A stretch of 39,659 bases of DNA from Candidatus Kerfeldbacteria bacterium (GTDB lineage: Bacteria; Patescibacteriota; Patescibacteriia; SBBC01), in assembly GCA_016204585.1 (NCBI GenBank), contig JACQKH010000045.1, forward strand, positions 1 to 39,659. The letters are read 5' to 3'. Shown here one piece after another: positions 6,916 through 16,420 of the stretch (its first letter is position 1; every line of letters starts with the position of its first letter). The notes under the pieces were generated by a model. It saw only the letters and a list, made by a program, of their open reading frames with translations. It did no database searches and was not told the origin of the DNA. Made by a program: the position numbers and the translations under genes.

Positions 6916-9432
6916 TTACTTTTTCTTACTGGTTTTTTCGAGGATGATCTTGCTGTTTCGGACAGCGACCCGTACGACTGAACCAGTCTTGACGCTGCCG
7001 ATCAGGAGCCTTTCCGCCAGCGGACTTTCGACCGTGTCTTGGAGCACGCGGCGGACAGCCCGCGCCCCTTGGTCAGGACTGAACCCTTGCTGGGCGATGA
7101 GTTTTCTAGCCGCGGCGGACAGCTCCAGCTTGACTTCTTGGGATTTGGCCCGCTCGACAATCTGGTTGAATTGGAGCTCGACGATTTTTTCAACTGAGCG
7201 GATCATCAGCGGTCGGAAGGTGATGACCTTGTCAATGCGGTTCAGAAACTCCGGCCGGAATCCACGCTCGAGCTCTTGCAGTTGTCGTGCGCGCACCTCG
7301 TTGTACTGCTCGGCAATCTTTTGCTCTTCGGCTTTGGTTTCCGCGTCAAAGCCGATGGCCGCCACTTTGTTGAAGTTCTGCAGTCCGATGTTCGAGGTCA
7401 TGATGATGATGGTGTTCTTGAAGTTGACGCGTTTGCCGGTGGCGTCAGTCAGGTGGCCGTCGTCTAGGATTTGCAGCAGGATGTTGAAGACGTCGGGGTG
7501 GGCTTTTTCGATTTCGTCAAAAAGTACGACCGAGTACGGACGGTGTTTGACGGCGTCGGAGAATTTGTTGCTTTCACGATAGCCGACATATCCGGCCGGC
7601 GCGCCGATCAGTTTTGAGACGTTGAAGCTCTCGCCAAACTCGGACATATCAATGCGGATCAGCGATTTTTCATCACCGAAAATCCGGCGCGCCAACTCCT
7701 TAGCCGTTTCGGTCTTGCCGACTCCGGACGGTCCGATGAAAATGAAGGAACCGATCGGACGGTTTGGATTTGACAACCCGGCGCGCGAACGGCGGATCGA
7801 GTCGGCAATGGCGTGAATGGCCTCGTCTTGGCCGATGATCGCCTGCTTCATTTGATCTTCGAGGTGCAGCAGCCGCTCGCGCTCAACCCTGACCAGGTCG
7901 TACACCGGAATACCGGTGATGCGAGCCACTACCTCGGCAATGTCCTCTTTGCCGATAGTGCCGACGTTCGGCGGCAGGAACTTAGCCTCGCGCTCGCGAG
8001 CTTTCCCTAGCTTTGTTTCGATTAGTCGTTCTTGGGTCTGCAACCCGAGCGCGGCTTGAAACTCTTCGCGGGAAACAGCGTTCTTCTTTTTTTGCCGGAG
8101 TGAATTGAGCTCTTCCTCGAGCAGTCGAATCTTGCGCATCGAGCTGGTGCCAGGCGATTCGACCTTCGTCTTCGAGGCGGCTTCGTCAACCAGATCAATC
8201 GCCTTATCCGGCAGGAACTTATCCTGGATGTAGCGTTCGGACAGCTCGACCGCTGCCTCGAGCGCTTCGTCCGTGATGGTCACGCGGTGGTACTTCTCGT
8301 AGTTTACCTTGATGCCCTTGAGGATAGTAAGTGTTTTCTCGGTGGTCGGTTCAGCCACCATAATCGGTTGGAAGCGCCGTTCGAGCGCGGCGTCACCCTC
8401 AATATGCTTTTTGTATTCGTCGAGGGTAGTAGCGCCGATGACGCGGACGTGGCCTTTGGCCAGGGCCGGCTTCAAGATGTTGGCTGCGTCCATTGAGCCG
8501 GAGGCCGAGCCGGCGCCGACGATGGTGTGTAATTCATCAATAAACAGGATGGTGTTCGGATCGGACTTCATTTCGTCGATGATCTGTTTTAAGCGCGATT
8601 CAAACTCGCCGCGGTAGATCGTACCGGCCACCACCAGCGCCAAATCGAGCGTCAAGATGCGTTTGTTGAGAAGCGCGTCCGGCACCTCGCCCTTGACTAT
8701 TTTCTTGGCCAAACCCTCGACAATAGCCGTTTTACCGACGCCCGGGTCGCCGATCAGCACCGGATTGTTCTTGGTCCGGCGCGCCAGGATATGGACCAGT
8801 CGCTCGATTTCTCGTTCGCGGCCGATGACCGGATCAATTTTTTTCTGTTGCGCGACGTTGGTCAGATCGGTCGCGAAGTAGTCAAGGGCCGCCGTTTTTT
8901 GGCGCTCCTTGGTCGTACTCGTCCCTTCGCCGTCGCGGACATTGCCGTCGAAGAAACCGGAGATGTCGGGGAACTTCGAGGTGGACCGCAAAATCAATTG
9001 AAGATGCTGCTTGGTTTCCTTCGGGTTGACGTTGTGCTCGGCAATGAACTTTTCAACGGTGGCGTCGTTGATCTCCAAGATTCCCCACAGCAGGTGTTCG
9101 GTGCCGACGTATTTATGTTCGTAATGGTTGGCGATCAGGACAGCTTTTTCCAGCGCGCGCTTGGCCGGCAACGAGAAACGGAGGTCGCTGATCGACAGCG
9201 GGCTGGAGCTGACCGAGTCGTTTCGTTCGCGGATGCTGGTCTTCAGACGGGCCACGTGGAAACCGGCTCGGCTGAGGATTTCAAAGGCAATTCCGCCTTT
9301 GGCCTCGGCCAGTCCGAACAGCAGGTGTTCTGGATTGATGTAGCGGTTACCCAGCTCTAACGCCAAACCGGCCGCATGCTGCAGCGTATTCTTGAGATGC
9401 GTCGTGAATTTGTTGAGAATGTCTGGTTGCAT
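6916..9432 (-). CDS. clpC: ATP-dependent Clp protease ATP-binding subunit (ClpC-type)
   Basis: Clp-N repeats, two AAA modules ([14 protein letters not shown]; [21 protein letters not shown]), short coiled-coil middle domain, IGF loop. Confidence 0.93.
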   Translation of the reverse strand: MQPDILNKFTTHLKNTLQHAAGLALELGNRYINPEHLLFGLAEAKGGIAFEILSRAGFHVARLKTSIRERNDSVSSSPLSISDLRFSLPAKRALEKAVLIANHYEHKYVGTEHLLWGILEINDATVEKFIAEHNVNPKETKQHLQLILRSTSKFPDISGFFDGNVRDGEGTSTTKERQKTAALDYFATDLTNVAQQKKIDPVIGREREIERLVHILARRTKNNPVLIGDPGVGKTAIVEGLAKKIVKGEVPDALLNKRILTLDLALVVAGTIYRGEFESRLKQIIDEMKSDPNTILFIDELHTIVGAGSASGSMDAANILKPALAKGHVRVIGATTLDEYKKHIEGDAALERRFQPIMVAEPTTEKTLTILKGIKVNYEKYHRVTITDEALEAAVELSERYIQDKFLPDKAIDLVDEAASKTKVESPGTSSMRKIRLLEEELNSLRQKKKNAVSREEFQAALGLQTQERLIETKLGKAREREAKFLPPNVGTIGKEDIAEVVARITGIPVYDLVRVERERLLHLEDQMKQAIIGQDEAIHAIADSIRRSRAGLSNPNRPIGSFIFIGPSGVGKTETAKELARRIFGDEKSLIRIDMSEFGESFNVSKLIGAPAGYVGYRESNKFSDAVKHRPYSVVLFDEIEKAHPDVFNILLQILDDGHLTDATGKRVNFKNTIIIMTSNIGLQNFNKVAAIGFDAETKAEEQKIAEQYNEVRARQLQELERGFRPEFLNRIDKVITFRPLMIRSVEKIVELQFNQIVERAKSQEVKLELSAAARKLIAQQGFSPDQGARAVRRVLQDTVESPLAERLLIGSVKTGSVVRVAVRNSKIILEKTSKKK

Positions 9433-9585
9433 GGGGTAGTGATGGGGTAGTGAGTAGTTTGGCAGCGCGTACTTTAGTGCGCGGTTATGGTAGTGCGCCT
9501 TTAGTTTTAGGTATTAGCGTCAATTACAAAGTGTAGCAGAAAAGACGGCGGCAGCAAAACGTTGTACCACAGCGGCTTTTCGATG

Positions 9586-10497
9586 TCAAGGATTTTTACT
9601 CGCCGAGTCCATTTGGCGGAGCGCGCGAACCCGCTCCTCGATCGGCGGGTGGGTCATGAAGAGCCGTTTAAGCTTGCGACCAGAGTTGCCGAAAGGGTTG
9701 GTGAAAAACATGTGAGCAGTGGCGTCGTTGGCGGTGGCTAGCGGCCTGGAGTTAAGACTCTGAATTTTTTCCAGCGCCTTGGCCAGACCCTCGGGATATC
9801 TAGTCAACAGCGCGCCCGAAGCATCGGCCAGCAACTCGCGGCGGCGCGAGACTGCAAAATGCACGAGCTGGCCGATGAGCGGAGAGAGAATCAGGAGGAC
9901 AATGCCGATGAGCGCCAGTACGCCGGCGCCGCGATCGCTGCTACGCCGTCCGCCGAAGCGACCGGAGTAGAAGAACCAGCGGGCCAGCAGCGTGACTGCG
10001 TTCACCAGCATCAGCACCAGCATCAGGTAGCGGATGTCGAAGTTCCTGATGTGACTGAGTTCGTGGGCCAGCACTCCCTCAAGTTCTTCGTTGGCGAGCT
10101 TCTCGATCGCACCCGTGGTAACGGCGATCGAGGCGTGCTTTGGATCTCGGCCGGTGGCGAAGGCGTTGATGGAGGGATCGGTTATTAGATAGAGCTTGGG
10201 CATCGGCGTCCCCGCGGCCATGCCCAGATTTTCCACCAGGTTGTAGAGATAGGCATTGTCCGGTTTCGAGATCGGACCTTTCGCGCCGGCGACAGCCAGA
10301 GCGACCCGATCACCGGCGTAGTAACCACCAAGCGTCATGCCTAGAGCGATGAGGAGAGCCAGGAAGAGCCCGCCCAGGCCATAGTCGGTGAATTCGCCGA
10401 TAATCCAGCCGAGCCCGGCCACGAACAGCACAAAGAATGTAAGCAGCAGGGCGCTCTTGAGCTTGTTACGCGAAATGTAGTCGTAGGTCGTGGGCAT
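9586..10497 (-). CDS. htpX: M48 zinc metalloprotease HtpX
   Basis: NAFATG, HELSH, RRRELLAD, THPP..ERV. Confidence 0.93.
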   Translation of the reverse strand: MPTTYDYISRNKLKSALLLTFFVLFVAGLGWIIGEFTDYGLGGLFLALLIALGMTLGGYYAGDRVALAVAGAKGPISKPDNAYLYNLVENLGMAAGTPMPKLYLITDPSINAFATGRDPKHASIAVTTGAIEKLANEELEGVLAHELSHIRNFDIRYLMLVLMLVNAVTLLARWFFYSGRFGGRRSSDRGAGVLALIGIVLLILSPLIGQLVHFAVSRRRELLADASGALLTRYPEGLAKALEKIQSLNSRPLATANDATAHMFFTNPFGNSGRKLKRLFMTHPPIEERVRALRQMDSASKNP

Positions 10498-10506
10498 GAG
10501 TGGGTG

Positions 10507-10575
10507 AGCTTGTAGCTTTTAGCTGATAGGTGGCAGCAAAAAATTGAGCCGCTAAAAGCTAACAGCTACCAGCTA
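10507..10575. repeat. Heptamer-periodic inverted repeat (TAGC/GCTA family)
   Basis: AGCTTGT-AGCTTTT-AGCTGAT-AG ... GCTAAAA-GCTAACA-GCTACCA-GCTAG between lemA and htpX. Confidence 0.8.
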
Positions 10576-11127
10576 GAACTTCACTGCTACCGGCTGTTTC
10601 TCGGCTTCGCCTTCGACCTCGAAGAACTCGCGCGGCTTAAAACCGAACGTTTGAGCGAGCAAATTGGTGGGGAAAGTCTGCTGGCTGGTGTTAAAGTCGC
10701 GAACATTGCCGTTATAGAATCGGCGGGACGCTTGGATTTTATTCTCCGTGTCGCTTAGTTCGTCTTGGAGTTTGGCGAAATTCGCGCTGGCTTTTAACTC
10801 GGGATAGGCTTCGGCGATGGCGAAGATCGACTTAAGAGTTTGCGACAGCGCGTTTTCGGCTTGTGCTTTGTCGTGCGGCGTTTGCGCACCCATGGCCGCG
10901 GATCGCGCTTTGGTAACATTTTCGAACGCTTCGCGTTCGTGCTTAGCGTATCCCTTGACTGTTTCCATCAGGTTGGGAATCAGGTCGTAGCGGCGCTTGA
11001 GCTGAACATCAATATCCGACCACGATTCGTTCGTGCGGTTGCGCAGACTGATCAGCCGGTTGTACATGGTCATGATCCACAGCAGGATCAGCACGATGAT
11101 ACCGACGATTATCCAGGTGATAGTCAT
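10573..11127 (-). CDS. lemA: LemA family protein
   Basis: YN.L..LRN....WSDIDVQLKRRYDLIPNL, E.YPELKA..NF..LQ.EL..TENKI. Confidence 0.95.
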   Translation of the reverse strand: MTITWIIVGIIVLILLWIMTMYNRLISLRNRTNESWSDIDVQLKRRYDLIPNLMETVKGYAKHEREAFENVTKARSAAMGAQTPHDKAQAENALSQTLKSIFAIAEAYPELKASANFAKLQDELSDTENKIQASRRFYNGNVRDFNTSQQTFPTNLLAQTFGFKPREFFEVEGEAEKQPVAVKF

Positions 11128-11177
11128 AAAGTTCTCCTTAAATTGTTTCGTTAACGAATGGACAAAGCAGTTAGCAA

Positions 11178-11693
11178 TTAGTTTGTAAGAATATCGATCC
11201 GGTCAGCGACCACGCTCGTTTGGCCGTCAATCACGTCAATTGAGTGGACGTCCACTGAACCGCCGACCTTAATATCCGAGAAGGTCGCCGCGGTCCGCGG
11301 TCGGGCGGCATTCGCGTCGAGACTAACCGGCGCTTTACCGATCGTGGCTACTTCGGTGTTCTGCAACATGTTGACCAGGATGATCTGCTCGCGGGCGTTG
11401 CCGTTCACGTTCTGGAAGAGGCGAACCGCTAAGCGGTTGTCGTTGATTTCCTTGATGATGCCGACGAACGAATGGCGGCCGGCCGGCGCATCAGTGGTGA
11501 TTCTGGTGGTCGTGTTTTGCGCGGCGACCGAACTTCGCGTTGCCTGGACGTTGACTGGTCGATTCTTGTACCAAATCGTGAAGATCGAGAGGGCGCCGAG
11601 CATCGAGGTCAAGACTATCACGATTGTTACTAAATGTTCATTACCCCATAGTCGTGCGCCGGCACGAGTTTTTTTTAAGGAGATTTGTTCCAT
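11178..11693 (-). CDS. Membrane-anchored protein with OB-fold-like (DUF5666-like) domain
   Basis: One TM helix, then G.IKEI.......V...T.V...FSDIKVGGSV.V....VADRIDI. Probable ATG start at 11693. Confidence 0.65.
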   Translation of the reverse strand: MEQISLKKTRAGARLWGNEHLVTIVIVLTSMLGALSIFTIWYKNRPVNVQATRSSVAAQNTTTRITTDAPAGRHSFVGIIKEINDNRLAVRLFQNVNGNAREQIILVNMLQNTEVATIGKAPVSLDANAARPRTAATFSDIKVGGSVDVHSIDVIDGQTSVVADRIDILTN

Positions 11694-11738
11694 TGACTTT
11701 TCGAGTAGAATGTGGTTTTGCCGAACGTGAAAATCTTG

Positions 11739-11792
11739 TCGACAAAACCGCTTTCTTTTGGTAGTATATGTAGGAAGGCGACTGTCTGTCAA
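11739..11792. promoter_or_regulatory. Overlapping divergent sigma70 promoters
   Basis: Plus: TCGACA (11739), N17, TG-extended TAGTAT (11762). Minus: TTGACA (11792-11787), N18, TATACT (11768-11763). Confidence 0.6.
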
Positions 11793-11821
11793 AGGACTAA
11801 AACAAGTCGTTAGCTTCAACC

Positions 11822-12724
11822 ATGCGAAAAATTCAAACACGCTCTAAATCAACCAAGCGTTTCGTGCTCATGGCTGTGCTCGGCGTACTTGGGATTTTTG
11901 TTATCTTTAGCATTCCGCTTAAAGTACGTTCAGTAACTTACGAGGCGCCGAGCGGCTCGCCGCCGGTAAGCGACAGTTCGGCAGCGCTCAACGTTTCGTC
12001 CTCAATCCAGACCAAGATCGGAGGTTTAACGCTTAACAACGGACTGACCATTGGGAACAATTCAAACTTAAACGTCTTTGGCGACGTTTGCTGGAATGGA
12101 GTTTGTAAGAATTCGTGGGCTGAGGTTTCCGGAGTGTCGGCCATCGAGAGGTTCGTGAAATTGATATCGGACCCTACCGACCCAAGCGGCTGGGCTGACC
12201 TAACTGGATCAGACAACGCCACGACTTTGAAACTCAACTCGCCGGTGCCGACGTTTCCGGCCGCTGCTCCGGGAGTGGATGCCGGGGTGTTTGGTCAGGA
12301 CGACGGCTCGAGTGCTTCGGCGAGCTACGGAGTGGCTGGTTATGCTAGCCGGAATAGCGACAAAAGTTATGGCATCTACGGTACTTCGTCGGCAACAAGT
12401 CCGTCCTGGGCCGGGTACTTTGCCGGAAACGTGGCGGTAAGTCCGGACAATGACCTGATCGTCGGCGGATCGATTACGCAAGGCAACGACTCGAACGTGA
12501 GCGAGTTGTGCATCAATGACGTCTGCCGTTCGGAAATCCTGCTGACCGGTGACCAGTACTGGACCGTCAGCGGCAACGACCTTCAAGTCGCTGATACCGG
12601 CTTGAATCTGGCGGTCGGCGGAAAAGATTCGCGGGCCAGTTTTTTCGTCCAGAACAACGCCAGCCGTTTGAACGTCACGCTTAAAGTGAACGGGGTCGGC
12701 AATAGCGCTGACCTGTCGCTATGA
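11822..12724 (+). CDS. Secreted fibre-like surface protein, family A paralogue 1
   Basis: Signal peptide; LNVSSSIQTKIGGL, CWNGVC..SW, GVxG repeats, WAGYFAG, ELCINDVC. Confidence 0.75.
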   Translation: MRKIQTRSKSTKRFVLMAVLGVLGIFVIFSIPLKVRSVTYEAPSGSPPVSDSSAALNVSSSIQTKIGGLTLNNGLTIGNNSNLNVFGDVCWNGVCKNSWAEVSGVSAIERFVKLISDPTDPSGWADLTGSDNATTLKLNSPVPTFPAAAPGVDAGVFGQDDGSSASASYGVAGYASRNSDKSYGIYGTSSATSPSWAGYFAGNVAVSPDNDLIVGGSITQGNDSNVSELCINDVCRSEILLTGDQYWTVSGNDLQVADTGLNLAVGGKDSRASFFVQNNASRLNVTLKVNGVGNSADLSL

Positions 12725-14136
12725 ACAAGTCACTGGTCTATGCTCCGCCGATCGTAGTAGTGACATTTGTCACGGTGCTGGTTGGGCTGCGCGTTTCCGC
12801 CGCCACCTTTTCAGCGCCGAACTTGCCCGAGCCCGGCGGAAATATCTCATTGCCGTTGAACACTTCTTCAAGTCCGCAGACCAAGGCCGGAGGATTGACC
12901 GTGGAGGGGGATGCGACAATCCAGAACGGCTTAACGCTCGGTCAGGCCGGTGGCTCCAGCAAGATCTGCTGGAATGACGACGGTACCGGCCTGAACTGTC
13001 GTAATAACTGGGGCGAGCTCAGTACGGTCACTGGTTACTTGCGCTTGAACTCGGGCGGAGCTGGTCCAGCCGATACCGGACACATTCAAATACAAGGCAC
13101 CTCCGGATCCAGTGATCCGGTCGCCACCGTCACGGTTCGCGCCGGCACGACAACCGCACCTTCCGAGTCGTCTTACGGCGTTTACGGAGTAGCCGTTGGC
13201 GGAGTTCCATCCGCGATAAGTTACGGCGTTCTCGGTCAAGCCACGGTGAATTCATTTCAGCGCGCCGCGATCTTTGGGAGCAGCGCCGGTTTCCCGAATG
13301 CTTGGGCCGGGTACTTTACCGGCGGCGACGTGGGCGTGGCAGATCAATTTGATCTGGCTGTTGGCGGCACCGCCGTCCTGAATAACACCACTCAGCTATG
13401 CCTCAACAGCACTTGCATTGATAGTTGGCCGCCTGATGCGGGAAGCGGTTTCTGGGAGCGAAGCAGTTCGAATCTTCACCCGCTTGATCCGACCAAGTCA
13501 ATAACCGTAGCCGGCAGCGTGTCGACGGCTCCTTTTCATGTGGCGGTCATCTCGGACGGCTCACCGCCAGATCCGGACAAGGCAGATCTGACCATCATTG
13601 CCGGCACAGCTAAATTCAATCAGTACATTGTCGGCACTCCGCCGCCGTGTAATGATCCGCCTGGCACCTGTTACCTGCCGGCCGCTGATACTTGCGGCGA
13701 TGGAATATGCAGCAACAAGGAATGCGATTCCGGAACGACACCGGGCTGTACCACCGCCGACCCGAACCACTGCCCGGCTGATTGCGACATCACCCCGCCG
13801 GATGACGTCGGGGTTGACACTGAGCTCGAGGTCTGCGCGGGGAGCGGGTGTCCTCCGCCAACTCCGCCGACTCTCTACGTTAAGTGGACTAACCCAGGTA
13901 ATTCGGATTTTGCCGGTACCAGAGTCATCGTGAGTTCCGACCGCTATCCGACCGGGCCGACTTACATTGGTGACCTCGGGATCATGAAAGATATCGCTAA
14001 ACCCGGGACCACGTATAGCGCACCATGCAATCTTAGCACGCGGTACTATGCTGCTCTATACGCTTACGACCAAATGGGTAATTTCGCGCCCGGCATTCTC
14101 TACGATCCGCTCTGCACCACGCTGCCTGTCCAGTAG
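12721..14136 (+). CDS. Secreted fibre-like surface protein, family A paralogue 2 (Cys module + FN3-like C-terminus)
   Basis: PLNTSSSPQTKAGGL, YGVYG repeats, WAGYFTG, LCLNSTC..SWP, CGDGIC...CPADC, WTNP..SDF.GT...YDQ.GNF; ATGA overlap. Confidence 0.75.
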   Translation: MNKSLVYAPPIVVVTFVTVLVGLRVSAATFSAPNLPEPGGNISLPLNTSSSPQTKAGGLTVEGDATIQNGLTLGQAGGSSKICWNDDGTGLNCRNNWGELSTVTGYLRLNSGGAGPADTGHIQIQGTSGSSDPVATVTVRAGTTTAPSESSYGVYGVAVGGVPSAISYGVLGQATVNSFQRAAIFGSSAGFPNAWAGYFTGGDVGVADQFDLAVGGTAVLNNTTQLCLNSTCIDSWPPDAGSGFWERSSSNLHPLDPTKSITVAGSVSTAPFHVAVISDGSPPDPDKADLTIIAGTAKFNQYIVGTPPPCNDPPGTCYLPAADTCGDGICSNKECDSGTTPGCTTADPNHCPADCDITPPDDVGVDTELEVCAGSGCPPPTPPTLYVKWTNPGNSDFAGTRVIVSSDRYPTGPTYIGDLGIMKDIAKPGTTYSAPCNLSTRYYAALYAYDQMGNFAPGILYDPLCTTLPVQ

Positions 14137-14155
14137 CGACTTGGGCTTTTGAAAC

Positions 14156-15502
14156 ATGAAACATATATTACGTCATAATTCAGTCCTCGTCATTCGCCTG
14201 ACCACGGCCTTGGTCGCGATGGCTGCTGTTTTAGCGGCTGGCCGGGTGGCTGCTCAGATCAATCCATTCAGTCCAACTGAACCGCCAGGAAAGCTTCCCG
14301 GGTATTTCGACGTTCTTCCCTTGAATACATCGTCATTTTCTCAGGTTAAGGAAGGTCCTCTTACGGTCAATGGGCCGTTCACCGTGGGCCGCAGCATTGT
14401 CGGCAGCTTCTTGAACGTTAGCGGTTCGATTCTTTGGAACAGCGACCGGCGCGACAACTGGGAAACAATCGGCAGTCGGAATTTCGTTCACCTCTATGAC
14501 CTTTCGCATCCGGTCGGAATTGCCGATGTGGGCGTCGCGTCTGTGGTCGGTGACACCAGCGGAACCGCAACTTTTACGGCCAAGGCCGGCACCGGGAGAA
14601 ATACCGCTGGGGTTTCCGGCTACTCGGCGGCCACTGGTTCCGGACTAAGCGCCGGGGTGGTCGGTGAAACACAGAATCCGACCGGTTACGGCGTTTACGG
14701 AACGGTTGGGTCGAACACCCAGGCCTGGGCTGGGTATTTCTCGGGCAACGCCGGGATTGCCGCGCCGCGCGATTTAATCATCGGATCAGTCGGCGGCGGT
14801 GTTTCCGCAGCCCGGACGAACGTTATTTCCGAAGTCTGTCTTAACGGCGACTGCCGTTTGACCTGGCCGCCATCCGGCGGAACGCTTTGGTCAGTCAACG
14901 GCGCGACGCTGTGGCCGTCGTCGGAAACGGTCAGTCTGATCGCGGGCGGCACTGAACCAGACGCGGTAAAGCGTTGCGTGACAAATCCGAGCGTACCGGA
15001 TCCCAACAAGTCGAAATTTAGCGTGATCAACAATCCTAATTTCACTTCGGACGTCTGCCTGGTTAGCGGGACTGCCTCGTTGGGACAAATTGTTATTGGC
15101 GCACCAGTCAGCGGAACGCCGACCGCCACTACCTGCGGCGACGGGATTTGCAATGGCAACGAGACCGGAGGCTACGGCCAGCCGACCTATTGCGGGAAGG
15201 ATTGCGACTTCACTGCACCAAACTCGGTTACCGGCGCCACTGCCAGCGGTTCGCCGCAGGTCACGATCAGTTGGACCAACCCGGCGGCCTCGGATTTCTC
15301 CGGCACCAAAGTGGTCATGACCATCGGTACGCCGCCGTCTAAGATTCAGGGCGCCAGCCTGATCGGAACGGAAGTTTCGCGGCCGTCAAGCAGCTTCACC
15401 AGCGCGCCCCTGACGCCGGGCACGTACTACTTCGGTCTCTACAGCCACGACCAGGCCGGCAACTTCGCGACCGGAGTTATTGTTGAGGTCAGATTACAGT
15501 GA
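14156..15502 (+). CDS. Secreted fibre-like surface protein, family A paralogue 3 (Cys module + FN3-like C-terminus)
   Basis: PLNTSSFSQVKEGPL, WAGYFSG, VCLNGDCRLTWP, CGDGIC...CGKDC, WTNP..SDFSGT...HDQAGNF. Confidence 0.75.
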   Translation: MKHILRHNSVLVIRLTTALVAMAAVLAAGRVAAQINPFSPTEPPGKLPGYFDVLPLNTSSFSQVKEGPLTVNGPFTVGRSIVGSFLNVSGSILWNSDRRDNWETIGSRNFVHLYDLSHPVGIADVGVASVVGDTSGTATFTAKAGTGRNTAGVSGYSAATGSGLSAGVVGETQNPTGYGVYGTVGSNTQAWAGYFSGNAGIAAPRDLIIGSVGGGVSAARTNVISEVCLNGDCRLTWPPSGGTLWSVNGATLWPSSETVSLIAGGTEPDAVKRCVTNPSVPDPNKSKFSVINNPNFTSDVCLVSGTASLGQIVIGAPVSGTPTATTCGDGICNGNETGGYGQPTYCGKDCDFTAPNSVTGATASGSPQVTISWTNPAASDFSGTKVVMTIGTPPSKIQGASLIGTEVSRPSSSFTSAPLTPGTYYFGLYSHDQAGNFATGVIVEVRLQ

Positions 15503-15514
15503 TCAAACCGATTC

Positions 15515-16420
15515 ATGAATAGAACAAATCAACGCCGACCAACTCCATTTCGCACACTCGTTCGAGTTCACGCCCGAACCGGTTTGGCGGTCGCGGCGGT
15601 TCTCAGTATGATCGGATTTCTCCGCCTGGCGCTGCCGGCTTGGTCGGCCACGATTACCCCGGGCGCCAACCAGAAGGTGACGGTCTATCAGGGCGTGGCG
15701 ATCGTGGCGCCTGGCGACCCGGGCGCCAGCATCATGGAGATTGGAAACGCCGGCCGGGACATTGCCAGCACCGGCAGCATCTTCCTCCGGCCGAACAGTA
15801 CCGGTTCCGGCACCCGCTTCTACCAGTGTACGGCCGGGTCGTGCTTCGGACTTCAGAATCTTGATCTGACCGGCGATTTAACCATTGGTAAGGACTTGTG
15901 TTTTTTCGGCGGGGACTGCCGTTCGAGCTGGCCACCTGGGACGACTGAGTGGAAACTAATCAACGTCTTCGGACCGGTGCTCCAGCCGAAAGTGCTGACA
16001 AACGCCGTCCACGTCGGCAGTCCCGGATCGCCGGTGCAGGGCGGCCCGGCGCTCAACGTGGCCGCGCCTGGCGGAGTCGCGACGTATGTGAACCGCGGTT
16101 CCGGTTATGCCGGCCTGTTCGACGGCAACGTGTCCACGACCGCTGACGTCAAGGTTTACGGTACGATAACCTCAAACGGACGGCCGGTCTGGGATGCTTC
16201 AAACGATGGTCAGGGGTCGGGATTGGACGCCGGGAAAATTGACGGAATGGTTGTGAGATACGAAACTCCGGACAGATGCACCGACGGTCGAGATCAGCAA
16301 GAACATCTCTATTGCCTGTGTTTTAGCGGCCGCCAGGCGGACGGAATAACGCCGCTTCCCGGAGCAGATTCGTTGGGCCGTGATTTCTACCGTTGCGCCC
16401 CGCTGTTTAATTACTTCTAG
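15515..16420 (+). CDS. Secreted fibre-like surface protein, family B paralogue 1
   Basis: Signal peptide; QKVTVYQGV, EIGNAGRDIASTG.IFLRP, LCFFGGDCRSSWP, VWDASNDGQGSGLDAGKIDG. Confidence 0.75.
   Translation: MNRTNQRRPTPFRTLVRVHARTGLAVAAVLSMIGFLRLALPAWSATITPGANQKVTVYQGVAIVAPGDPGASIMEIGNAGRDIASTGSIFLRPNSTGSGTRFYQCTAGSCFGLQNLDLTGDLTIGKDLCFFGGDCRSSWPPGTTEWKLINVFGPVLQPKVLTNAVHVGSPGSPVQGGPALNVAAPGGVATYVNRGSGYAGLFDGNVSTTADVKVYGTITSNGRPVWDASNDGQGSGLDAGKIDGMVVRYETPDRCTDGRDQQEHLYCLCFSGRQADGITPLPGADSLGRDFYRCAPLFNYF

Noticed and set aside
6902-9360. Long antisense/alternate-frame ORFs over clpC and other genes (e.g. 6902-7582, 18860-19462, 31981-32664, 32195-32944)
   Set aside because: Shadow ORFs expected in GC-rich coding DNA, with no recognisable motifs.
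6237-11127. comF-clpC-htpX-lemA as a novel system
   Set aside because: Ordinary conserved genes with canonical motifs; lemA-htpX linkage is well known.
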